The position numbers and the translations under genes were made by a program. DNA of 64,000 nucleotides from Acutalibacteraceae bacterium (GTDB lineage Bacteria; Bacillota; Clostridia; Oscillospirales; Acutalibacteraceae). Within the stretch, counting starts at the first letter, position 1. Each line of letters opens with the position of its first letter. Of the stretch, positions 55,227-64,000 are shown one piece after another. The DNA is taken from NCBI GenBank assembly GCA_045532945.1, contig JAZSGZ010000013.1:41900-105899 (forward strand), in the 5' to 3' direction. A model generated the notes under the pieces. It had not been told where the DNA came from, ran no database searches, and was given only the letters and a program-made list of their open reading frames with translations.

Positions 55227-56543
55227 TTAATACTTTTTTGCCTTGCACGGCTTGTGGAATATAGGCATTTTTTCACCTGCATTTACCATTTCCCGGGCCA
55301 GAAGTGTCCGCATCTGCTGTAAAACCTTGGAGTAATTTTCATCCTTCACAAGATTATTCTTCTCGCAGGGGTCGTTTTTCAGGTCGTAGAGATAATCGTC
55401 AAAGTAATGAACAGCCCTCGGCTTGTGCCAGCCCGATCCGATTGCCCTCGCTGAATATTTCCATTCCTTTGTGCGGACTGCTCTGCCTATATGTGACTCG
55501 CTTATCTGAATGAATACACAATCCCTTTCAGGCGCATCTGTGCCATTTACAGGCAAAGCATTGCCTGAATAGCTTTCGGGGATTTCTATACCTGCCAGAT
55601 TAAGTATTGTGGGAGGCAGGTCAATAAGGCTTGCAAGTGCATCGGTATTTTCTGCTACAGGTATTGCACCGCCACCAAAAACAAGGGGAGTGTGAATACA
55701 GGAGTCGTGACAGCTGCGTTTGTATTCAAAATTACGTGTTTTGAAGTGGCACCCGTGGTCACTTGTATAAATAATTATCGTGTTATCATATATGCCCTTT
55801 TCCTTAAGTGTATCAACAAGCTTGCCCACGTTTTCGTCAAGCCTGTTGATAGCCGCGATGTAATCGGGGTATTCTTTTTTGTAGTCACCGCTTAAAAATG
55901 ATAAATCCTCGGGGATGGGGTAATCCTTATATTTATCAATAGCTTCCTTAGGTCCTTCAAAGTGACCGTGGTCATTCTGGTGGTGAGGCTCAAGCTGTGA
56001 AATGAACATAAAGAACGGCTTTTCACCGTTGTGGTTGTTTATGTATTCAACCGCAAAATCATTTATACAATCTGCACGGTAGCCTGTGAACTCAACTTTA
56101 TTTCCTTTTTCATCGAAAACGTATCCGTCATAGCCGTGTGATGTGAATTCAAGTACGTCTGCACCGCGCCAATATTTGTAACCGCCTTGTTTTTCAAGGG
56201 GGACAGCGGTTTTTTCACAATGACAGCCTCTGCCGGGAGCTCTGTCTGATGCAAGGTGCCATTTGCCGATATATGCAGTATCGTAGCCGTTTTCATTAAA
56301 GTGGTCGGCTAAAGTTTTTGAATTTTCCTGCAACGGAATACCGTTCCAATAGCATTTGTTTTCTGTGGCATACTGACCTGTCTGCAAGCAGGCGCGGGCG
56401 GGACCGCACACAGGCTGACATGTGAAGGAATTTTCAAACAATAATCCTTGCTCACCAAGTGTCCACACATTCGGCATAATGTTTTCATTAAGAGTATCCC
56501 AACGCTGTTGGTCTGAAAAATAAAATATAATGTTCGGTTTCAT
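55227..56543 (-). CDS. sulfatase (Cys-type, formylglycine-dependent)
   Basis: IIFYFSDQQRWD and the CxPxR motif QPVCGPARACLQTG. Confidence 0.8.
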   Translation of the reverse strand: MKPNIIFYFSDQQRWDTLNENIMPNVWTLGEQGLLFENSFTCQPVCGPARACLQTGQYATENKCYWNGIPLQENSKTLADHFNENGYDTAYIGKWHLASDRAPGRGCHCEKTAVPLEKQGGYKYWRGADVLEFTSHGYDGYVFDEKGNKVEFTGYRADCINDFAVEYINNHNGEKPFFMFISQLEPHHQNDHGHFEGPKEAIDKYKDYPIPEDLSFLSGDYKKEYPDYIAAINRLDENVGKLVDTLKEKGIYDNTIIIYTSDHGCHFKTRNFEYKRSCHDSCIHTPLVFGGGAIPVAENTDALASLIDLPPTILNLAGIEIPESYSGNALPVNGTDAPERDCVFIQISESHIGRAVRTKEWKYSARAIGSGWHKPRAVHYFDDYLYDLKNDPCEKNNLVKDENYSKVLQQMRTLLAREMVNAGEKMPIFHKPCKAKKY

Positions 56544-56671
56544 AAAAAACTCCTGTAATAGTTATACATCCACTATATCACCGTAAAGTGCTCATATCAA
56601 GATTTTTTATATGTGAATAATACAAAAAAATCGGGGCAATCTCTTTTTAAAATGATATAAGAGGTGTTTTT

Positions 56672-57106
56672 ATGGTAGAACAGGATACAATAAGACTTCT
56701 GCGAGAGTGCGATGCAGGTGTTAAAATGGGTATTTCATCTATCGATGATGTGCTCAATAAGGTGAAGTCGGATGCTCTCAGACAGTACCTCGTTGATTGT
56801 CGCAACGAGCACGTAAGATTGCAGGATGAAATCAACATTTTGCTTGAAAATTATCAGGATGACGGCAAAGAGCCTAACCCTATTGCAAAGGGTATGTCCT
56901 GGATGAAAACAAATGTGAAGCTTGCAGTTGAGGAGTCAGACGAAACCATTGCTGACCTTATGACAGACGGTTGCAATATGGGTGTGAAATCGCTTAACAA
57001 GTATCTTAACGAATACGAGGCGGCAAACGAAAAAAGTAAGGATATATGTAAAAAGCTTATCAATCTTGAAGAGAAGCTGATCACGGATATCAGAGGATAT
57101 CTGTAA
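56672..57106 (+). CDS. hypothetical helical protein (possibly a ferritin-like four-helix bundle)
   Basis: 144 aa with a good RBS (AGAGGTG). No firm motif. Confidence 0.4.
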   Translation: MVEQDTIRLLRECDAGVKMGISSIDDVLNKVKSDALRQYLVDCRNEHVRLQDEINILLENYQDDGKEPNPIAKGMSWMKTNVKLAVEESDETIADLMTDGCNMGVKSLNKYLNEYEAANEKSKDICKKLINLEEKLITDIRGYL

Positions 57107-57111
57107 AAACG

Positions 57112-57147
57112 AAAAACGCATCTACCGAAAGGCGGATGCGTTTTTCT
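57112..57147 (+). terminator. rho-independent terminator
   Basis: aaaaacgcatc ... gatgcgttttt stem followed by a T-run. Confidence 0.75.
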
Positions 57148-57324
57148 TAGGGGTAAATATGGAAATAAGGAGATAGGAATGAAAACAATGTAATCAACGG
57201 TGGGATTGGCGTTTCCCGTTCCGTTGATTACACTATACATCATAAAAATAAATTGGGTATTAAAAACTTATGAACAATTAAAAATAAACAATGAACATTT
57301 TGTGAATTTGGAATTATCTCTGTT

Positions 57325-58494
57325 TTATTTTAAAAATCTTGAATTCTTCTTCTGCTCAATTGTAACAGAGCCGTCCCCGGCAATGCTTGTGAGAGTGCAG
57401 CCCTGGAGCCACTCGCTTTCAGGTAAATATACGGCGTTGTTGTATCCGCCGAGTCCGTAAAGGTTGTAATCACTGCTCTGGGTGTATACAAGATATATAC
57501 CCTCGTAGAGTGCAGCCCAGTCATTTACATGGTCGTGACCGGAGAAAACCGCTTGGGCACCCATTTCCTTCATAGCATCAAACAGACCGCTGTTGTGTGG
57601 TGAGCAACCCGGCAGCTCGTACTGTACACCATAAATGAGCTCCGCCTTGCCTGTAGGTATGTATCTTTCGTTTTCATCCTTCTCTGTACCGAAAACCTCG
57701 GCATATTCGGGAATAGGGATATGCATATAAAGGAGTGATTTCACTTCGCCATATTTCTTTTTGAGTGAGGTGATTTCCTTTTTGTACCACTCTATCTGAG
57801 AGGGCTTGATGTAGTCATATCCATTCTCAAAAGAAACTTTATCATTTGTTTTGTGGGGCTCGCAGATGTCTCTGCCTGAATCAAACAGAACTAAGCTTTG
57901 TCTTAATTCGGACTCCGAATTCATTATATTTATCACATAGTTTCCGTAGCCGAAGAGGGTAGGGTCACCAAATTTTGAAAGGCAGTACGGGGAATCCGTA
58001 AGGCTTTTGAAAAGAAGATATTTGTAATATTCCTTTTCTTCTCTTGCCTCGTGGTTACCGAAAACATAAGCCCAATAAACCCCCATTTTTTCGAAAAGCT
58101 GACTGAACTGGATTGCATCAATCTGCTGATACTTTGCCTGGATACAGTCACCGGTGAAAATAACAAGATCAGGCTTTATTTCCTCAATGTTATCAATCAT
58201 CAACTGCATTACCTTGTCGTTAAGGTCATAGTCCTCGCCTGTATGCATATCGGTGAAAGTGAGAATCTTAAAGGGAGAGCTGTCGTAGCTGCCGTCGGGG
58301 TTGAACTTTCCGATGTAGGTTGATGTTTCGTTTTCTTTTATGATTCTGACATTTGAACCGATGTGTGGAATCCTTAAGGATGAAAGGAACAGGTTTCTTG
58401 CAAGCTTTCCCTTTGAAAGGTTGTACAGGGGCCTTTCTGCCTTAAGTGTGAGACGGATGCCGTTTTGCTGTATGAAAGTGCGTAATGGTTTCAT
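57325..58494 (-). CDS. calcineurin-like metallophosphoesterase
   Basis: Motifs VIFTGDCIQ, FGNHEAR and FSGHDHVND. Confidence 0.8.
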   Translation of the reverse strand: MKPLRTFIQQNGIRLTLKAERPLYNLSKGKLARNLFLSSLRIPHIGSNVRIIKENETSTYIGKFNPDGSYDSSPFKILTFTDMHTGEDYDLNDKVMQLMIDNIEEIKPDLVIFTGDCIQAKYQQIDAIQFSQLFEKMGVYWAYVFGNHEAREEKEYYKYLLFKSLTDSPYCLSKFGDPTLFGYGNYVINIMNSESELRQSLVLFDSGRDICEPHKTNDKVSFENGYDYIKPSQIEWYKKEITSLKKKYGEVKSLLYMHIPIPEYAEVFGTEKDENERYIPTGKAELIYGVQYELPGCSPHNSGLFDAMKEMGAQAVFSGHDHVNDWAALYEGIYLVYTQSSDYNLYGLGGYNNAVYLPESEWLQGCTLTSIAGDGSVTIEQKKNSRFLK

Positions 58495-58793
58495 AAAATA
58501 CCTTCTTCAAATGTTAATTTTTACTATACCACAATATAACACATAAAAGTGGTTATTTCAATAGCAAAGAGGTTTAAAAAACGGCATATATTGTGCTCGT
58601 ATTTGTATGATTTTGAAAATACATACAAATTATTGTGGTCTCTTTTGTGCAATAGGTAGATTCTTGCTTTTTCGCCGTTTTTTTCAATAAAAAGCCTTAC
58701 ATTTGCTTGCATTTGTGGTATACTACATATAGAGGTTTTCTGACTTATTTTTTACAAGAAATTGTGCTTTTTGAGCATTTCGGGGGTGTTGAG

Positions 58794-59264
58794 TTGAAGA
58801 CGTTGTTTGTGTATTGTTCAGGCGATGATACGGTAAATTCCCTTTGCAGTGAAAGTGTTCTCAGAAAACGTGATACAAAAGCTCTTGAGCTCAACCGTGA
58901 TACTCATAAGTCTGCCTTCAGCCGTTATTTCGGCATTAACCGTGTACGCAGATTTTCATCCGTCGGCAGCTACGGTGTGGACGTTGAGGATTTCGATAAA
59001 ATCATTTTTGCCTGTGACGAGTATATGGGTGAGATTCCTCCTGAGGTTTGTGCTTTTATAACAAAGAATGATCTTCGCTATAAAACTATTGACTGTATTG
59101 TTTTCGGTGACGGCAGAAATGTGAAAAAGGCAAAGGATATGCTTCGTAACAGGATTTCTCTTTCGGGCGGTACTGTCAGAAACATCATCAGTATTTCCAT
59201 AAAAGAGCTCAAGCGTGAGGAGGAGGACGTGCTCTTCAGCGTGCGCCACAGAATGGCGGTTTAA
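58794..59264 (+). CDS. hypothetical protein
   Basis: Frame of track ORF 58707-59264. TTG 58794 follows GGGGGTG and is the more plausible start. No motif recognised. Confidence 0.35.
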   Translation: MKTLFVYCSGDDTVNSLCSESVLRKRDTKALELNRDTHKSAFSRYFGINRVRRFSSVGSYGVDVEDFDKIIFACDEYMGEIPPEVCAFITKNDLRYKTIDCIVFGDGRNVKKAKDMLRNRISLSGGTVRNIISISIKELKREEEDVLFSVRHRMAV

Positions 59265-59492
59265 TTCACAGTTAATTCATACACAGTTTTTAGTTTATTT
59301 GTATTTTATTTCTAGTGTATAAAATTTGCACAGTTTTTTTGGTCAATTTTACATTTTCTTTTGAGCCGTTTTCGTTGACACGAGACGGTTTTTTTGTTAT
59401 ATTTATTATGTACAATTTATCATAGGGTGGACTGTGTTCTTTTTGCCGCCCTATAGTCAAAATCCGGTTTTTATTGAAAGGAAGATAACCTG

Positions 59493-61343
59493 ATGAAGAA
59501 AAGCTTATCATTCGTTATGTGCGTGATTATGCTCGTTTCGATCTTTTCTGTTCTGAGTGTTACTGCGAGCGCTGTTTCGCCGCTGAATGCTATGAGAATT
59601 GAATCGAGCTCCTTTGAAAATGATTACGTAACATACAACATTTATCTTAAAAAGAATGTTACCCTTAACGGTGCTATTATAAGGGTGGTTTATGATGCAT
59701 CCGTTCTTCAGCCCGTTTGTGCTAATGACGGTGCATTTATGAGGAAGGATTCTTACGGAGACCCTGTGCAGAATGTTCCCGGTTTTTATACTTCCGGCAA
59801 TTCCATTGACGGAACAAATATTTTTACAATCGGTTACGTTACCCTTAATGCGTACAGCACGGGCTCGAGCGAGAAGGGCTTTATGACACTTAAGTTTAAA
59901 GCAATTCACCCCGACAGACCCCAGACACAGGTTAAGTTCTACTGTATGGAATTCAACAGCACTGACCCGAATCTTAATATCCCCAAGACTGATACTTATC
60001 CTGAAGGTATGTACACACACACAACCTCAACAATCAGCAGACTTAAGCTGAGCTCAGTTGTTGCCACCGGCACAGGCCTTAGAGTTACGTGGCAAAAGGG
60101 TGCAGGTGCCGCAAACTACAGAGTTTTCAAATTAAATAAAACAACAAACAAGTATGATCTTATTGCTACTGTGCCTGCAACACAGACTTTTTATGATGAT
60201 AATACCGTGAAGTCCGGTGAAACTGCAACATATTCAGTAAGAGCCCTTGATAAGAACGGTATTCTTGACTCAGGTTTTGCGGGTAGTATATCGGGTTCAT
60301 TTGTTGTTGCACCTGCAAAGGTTTCGACCTCGGTTCAGCCCACGGGCATGAAGGTGGGTTGGACTCTTGTATCAGGAGCAACCTCCTACAAGATATACAG
60401 ACGTGAAGCGGGTACATCGACCTGGACTTATGTTGCCGACGCAAAGAAAGATGCAACAACGTACATTGATGTACAGGCGCCCAGCGGAAAAAGACTTGAG
60501 TACGGTGTTAAGGCTTGTGTGAGCAGCGGTTCGAGTGCCACAAAGATATCTGCACCTATGTGGTTTTATAAAGCTCCCGTGTTTACATTGACTGCGGTTA
60601 CCGGCGGTGTAAATGTTAAATGGAGTGCTGTAGCGGGTGCTGCGAAGTATAACGTTTATCGTAAATACAATGGTGCAAAGAGCTGGACATATATTGCTAC
60701 TGTCAGTTCAACGTCGTATCTTGACAAAGCGGCTGTTTCCGGCAGAAATATTGATTATACTGTAAAAGCGTATGGAGCAAACGGAAACAGCGCATATGTT
60801 TCAAAGCGTATTGCTTATGTTGGTGTTCCTCACCTCACAAGTATTACCAATGCTACAAATGGTATTACGGTCAAGTGGAGTGCGGTACAGAATGCAAGTG
60901 GCTACAGAGTTTACAGACGTGCCGCGGGCGAGAAATCCTGGACATATCTTACAACCACAACGGCTGTATCATATACGGATAAGAATGTTAAAAGCGGTGT
61001 TTACTATAAGTACACCGTAAGAACTGTTTTCTATAAACTGTACAGTAATTTTGAAAGCGGCTTGCTTATCAAGTGTGTAGCAACACCAAAGCTTACATCA
61101 ATTGCCAACAGTTCAGCAGGTATTACGGTTAAGTGGAATACCGTAAGCGGTGCAAACGGCTACAGAGTTTATCGCCGTGGTGCAGGTCAGACTACATGGA
61201 CCTACCTCGGAACAGTAACCGGCGGTTCATATACGGATAAAAATGTTGCTAAGGGTCAGTATTACAGATATACGGTAAGAGCTGCATCCGGCAATGTATT
61301 CAGCGGTTTTGATACAAACGGTCTTGTTACCAAGCGTTCATAA
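59493..61343 (+). CDS. secreted surface protein: cohesin-like N-domain plus about 7 FN3-like repeats
   Basis: Signal peptide present. N-domain ...IRVVYDASVLQPV. Repeats follow the pattern W..V.GA.GYRVYRR...W.Y......YTD..V..G..Y.YTVRA. Confidence 0.65.
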   Translation: MKKSLSFVMCVIMLVSIFSVLSVTASAVSPLNAMRIESSSFENDYVTYNIYLKKNVTLNGAIIRVVYDASVLQPVCANDGAFMRKDSYGDPVQNVPGFYTSGNSIDGTNIFTIGYVTLNAYSTGSSEKGFMTLKFKAIHPDRPQTQVKFYCMEFNSTDPNLNIPKTDTYPEGMYTHTTSTISRLKLSSVVATGTGLRVTWQKGAGAANYRVFKLNKTTNKYDLIATVPATQTFYDDNTVKSGETATYSVRALDKNGILDSGFAGSISGSFVVAPAKVSTSVQPTGMKVGWTLVSGATSYKIYRREAGTSTWTYVADAKKDATTYIDVQAPSGKRLEYGVKACVSSGSSATKISAPMWFYKAPVFTLTAVTGGVNVKWSAVAGAAKYNVYRKYNGAKSWTYIATVSSTSYLDKAAVSGRNIDYTVKAYGANGNSAYVSKRIAYVGVPHLTSITNATNGITVKWSAVQNASGYRVYRRAAGEKSWTYLTTTTAVSYTDKNVKSGVYYKYTVRTVFYKLYSNFESGLLIKCVATPKLTSIANSSAGITVKWNTVSGANGYRVYRRGAGQTTWTYLGTVTGGSYTDKNVAKGQYYRYTVRAASGNVFSGFDTNGLVTKRS

Positions 61344-61372
61344 AAACAGTAAGAAGTTAAGGAGGAATTAAA

Positions 61373-64000
61373 TTGAAAAGATTTATTTCTGTTTTGCTTT
61401 GCTGTGTTATGTTGATGTCTGCTTTTTCAGCAGCATTCACAGTATCGGCAGCAAATGCAAGTGATTATCTGAAGGTTTCGACCGCAGGTATGAAGGATGG
61501 AATTATCACATATACTATCAGCCTTCTTCCGGGTCAGAATAAGCTTATCGGCTCTATCGTTCATGCTGTATATGACAGCAGTGCACTCAGGGTTGTAAGT
61601 GAAGCAACCGGAGCTGCAGGCGGTGCAAACCCTTATGTTTCAGGTGTATACGAGACAGATGCGGTTTATAATGATGCTAATAAATATTCATTGGCGTATA
61701 TGAGCACAAGCGGAGTAAATATCACAGCCGAAAAGGATTTCTTCACAATTACATTTGAGGTGATTGCGGAGGATGGTTCAATGGCAGATGTAGAATTCCG
61801 TTGCCTTGAACACAGAACCGATGACGGTAATAGCGAAAATGACGTTCAGAGAACTGATGATGGTGTAAGCTTTTATTCAGACAGCTTCCTTACTCTTGAT
61901 ACTCCTGCAGTAACAAAGGTTTATTCAACAGACAAGAATCTTGTTGTTGAATGGGGTACAGTTTCCGGTGCAGAGTTCTATAACGTATATCGCAAGGTAT
62001 CAGGTGCTTCTGCATTTGAGAGAATTGCTGAAAATGTGGTAGGCACAAGCTACACGGATAACACAATCGTTATCGGTACAGAGTATGAATATACAGTATC
62101 TGCAGGCAATGGAAACGGTGAAACAGCATGCAACACGAATGGTGTTGTTGGCTTCAACTTCGGTACAATTGAAACACTTTCCGCAACTCCTTCAGTTGAT
62201 GGTATTACTGTTAGCTGGGGTGCACTTCAGAAGACAGAGTATTACGAGGTATACAGAAAAGAAGCAACAGAGCCTGAAAATGCATGGGTTAAGGTTGCAT
62301 CTGTTCTTAATACAAGCACAAGCTACAAGGACACAGCAATTATCAGCGGTGTTAATTACAACTATAAGGTGGAGGCTATCAGGGGTACATACCGTGCAGG
62401 TACAAGTGCAGCTATTCCCACAGTTAAATACCTTAAGACAACAGCCCCCGCAGTGAACAAGGTTTATTCAACTTCCGGCGCTCTCGTTGCAGAGTGGGGT
62501 GCTGTTGAGAATGGTGCATCATATAATGTTTACCGTAAAACAGCTTCTTCCGCTTGGGAGAAGATTGCATCAAATGTGAAAACTACAAATTATGTAGATA
62601 GCACTGTTGCACTCGGTACAGAGTATTTCTATTCGGTATCAGCAGTTAATGAACTTGAGTGTGAAACTGCATATAACAAAACAGGTGTTGCCGGTCTTAA
62701 TTTTGGTACAATTACAACGCTGAGTGCTGTTGCAGCTCCTTACGGTGCAACAGTTACCTGGGGTGCACTTCAATATGCTGAAAGCTATGAGGTGTACAGA
62801 AAAAGAGCAACTGAGTCAGACAGTGCGTGGGTAAAGGTTGCAACTACAACCAAGACCACATATACAGACGAAACCATTGAAAGCTTCATTGAGTATAACT
62901 ACAAGGTTGAGGCTATCAAAGGTATTTACCGTGCAGGTACAAGTGCTGCTATTCCGACAGTCAAATTCCTTTCTGCACCCGAGTTTGCAGTTGCAAACAC
63001 AGAAAACGGTATCGAGCTTTACTTCAACAATGTCAACGGTGCCACAAAATATGTTATCGAGAAAAAGACAGGTACAGGTAGCTTTGTGAAGCTTGCAGAG
63101 GTTTCTCCTGCAGACGGTGTTTATGTTGATAAGGCCATCGTTGTTAACGGTACTTACACATACAGAATTCAGGCATTTAGTTCAGATGTGAATCTTAACA
63201 GTAAGACTGTAACAAATAACGCGATTACAAGGCTTGCTACACCTGAAAAAATGGTATCAATTGCCGTAGATGTTGCCGGTATGACAATAACATGGACTCC
63301 TGTTGCAGGTGCTACAAAGTACAATGTTTACAGAAAAGAGATTGACGGCAAGGCATATGCAGTTATCGGTACTGCAACAGGTACAACTTATACAGATAAG
63401 ACTGCCAAGAGCAATGTAGTATACACATATACTGTTTCTGCCGCAAATGATACAGGCTGTGGTGCATATATAGCAAAGGGTATCACAAGACTCTTCCTTG
63501 CAACACCTAAGCTTCTCAGCCGTGAAAATGTTGTTAACGGTGTTAAGATTACATGGTCTGCGATTGAGGGTGCAACAGGCTACAGAGTTTACAGACGTGG
63601 CGCAGGTGCCAAGACATGGACATATCTTGGCACATTCAGCTCATCAAAAACATATTATGTTGATTACGGCAAGGATTCTACCGGTAAAAATATAGGTATG
63701 AAGAATGGTGAGTATTATAGATATACGGTAAGAGCAACAACAGAAAACCGTGGGTCAAATGTGACATATCCCGGTGGATATAATCAAACCGTACTTAGCG
63801 GATTCGATCCTACAGGTTTGTATCTTAAGTATGTTGCAACACCCAAGCTTATTAGTGTAACAAACGCTTCAACAGGTCTTCAGATTAAGTGGAATGCTGT
63901 TAGCGGTGCAACAAAATACAGAGTTTACCGTCGTGGTGCAGGTGCGAAATCTTGGTACTACCTCGGTGAGGTAAAAGGTACAACATATACTGATACAGGC
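61373..64000 (+). CDS. paralogous secreted cohesin-like/FN3-repeat protein, 5' part (runs off the window)
   Basis: AAGGAGG at 61359-61365, TTG at 61373. Signal peptide LKRFISVLLCCVMLMSAFSAAFTVSA. The frame was read codon by codon to 64000 with no stop. Absent from the track because it has no stop. Confidence 0.7.
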   Translation, partial: MKRFISVLLCCVMLMSAFSAAFTVSAANASDYLKVSTAGMKDGIITYTISLLPGQNKLIGSIVHAVYDSSALRVVSEATGAAGGANPYVSGVYETDAVYNDANKYSLAYMSTSGVNITAEKDFFTITFEVIAEDGSMADVEFRCLEHRTDDGNSENDVQRTDDGVSFYSDSFLTLDTPAVTKVYSTDKNLVVEWGTVSGAEFYNVYRKVSGASAFERIAENVVGTSYTDNTIVIGTEYEYTVSAGNGNGETACNTNGVVGFNFGTIETLSATPSVDGITVSWGALQKTEYYEVYRKEATEPENAWVKVASVLNTSTSYKDTAIISGVNYNYKVEAIRGTYRAGTSAAIPTVKYLKTTAPAVNKVYSTSGALVAEWGAVENGASYNVYRKTASSAWEKIASNVKTTNYVDSTVALGTEYFYSVSAVNELECETAYNKTGVAGLNFGTITTLSAVAAPYGATVTWGALQYAESYEVYRKRATESDSAWVKVATTTKTTYTDETIESFIEYNYKVEAIKGIYRAGTSAAIPTVKFLSAPEFAVANTENGIELYFNNVNGATKYVIEKKTGTGSFVKLAEVSPADGVYVDKAIVVNGTYTYRIQAFSSDVNLNSKTVTNNAITRLATPEKMVSIAVDVAGMTITWTPVAGATKYNVYRKEIDGKAYAVIGTATGTTYTDKTAKSNVVYTYTVSAANDTGCGAYIAKGITRLFLATPKLLSRENVVNGVKITWSAIEGATGYRVYRRGAGAKTWTYLGTFSSSKTYYVDYGKDSTGKNIGMKNGEYYRYTVRATTENRGSNVTYPGGYNQTVLSGFDPTGLYLKYVATPKLISVTNASTGLQIKWNAVSGATKYRVYRRGAGAKSWYYLGEVKGTTYTDTG

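Overview
The window looks like a low-GC Clostridia chromosome. Dockerin, cohesin-like and FN3-like surface proteins suggest a Ruminococcus-like organism; this is inference only, no search was run. Positions 1-44914 read as an integrative conjugative element (ICE) whose left end lies outside the window. It has a + strand Firmicutes-type T4SS/transfer module at 1-14031: VirB6-, PrgI-, VirB4-, NlpC/P60-, MobL relaxase-, Toprim- and VirD4-like genes. A visibly more AT-rich cargo of about 27 kb follows at about 14.1-41.4 kb, then a small regulatory module and a terminal large serine recombinase (43328-44914).

The cargo holds the most unusual content:
- An AAA_13/RloC-like ATPase operon.
- A 3.6 kb two-gene segment (divergent SHMT-like enzyme plus membrane-anchored STAND/TPR NTPase) bracketed by perfect 29-bp dyad-symmetric inverted repeats, next to a tyrosine recombinase.
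- A radical-SAM/methyltransferase fusion followed by an uncalled 53-aa Gly/Asn-rich peptide and a convergent pentapeptide-repeat protein. This layout resembles the microcin-B17 cluster.
- A nucleotidyl-cyclase-like gene and a cytoplasmic S8 protease.
- An agr-type quorum-sensing locus with an uncalled AgrD, upstream of an RHS / S8-LRR-dockerin / lipoprotein operon.

Past the recombinase, a second AT-rich islet (45.0-51.9 kb) carries a four-gene operon (FRG, then DUF4062-radical SAM/SPASM, then two paralogous membrane proteins) and a GHKL-DUF4325 gene flanked by direct repeats. A conserved promoter-like element of about 80-110 nt recurs upstream of genes in both islands. From about 52 kb the sequence looks like ordinary higher-GC core genome: GH99/WbsX-like, esterase, LytTR/DUF3021, sulfatase, phosphoesterase and repeat-rich surface proteins. 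No rRNA gene, intact tRNA gene or CRISPR array was seen. All family assignments come from motif recognition by eye and need HMM or structure searches.
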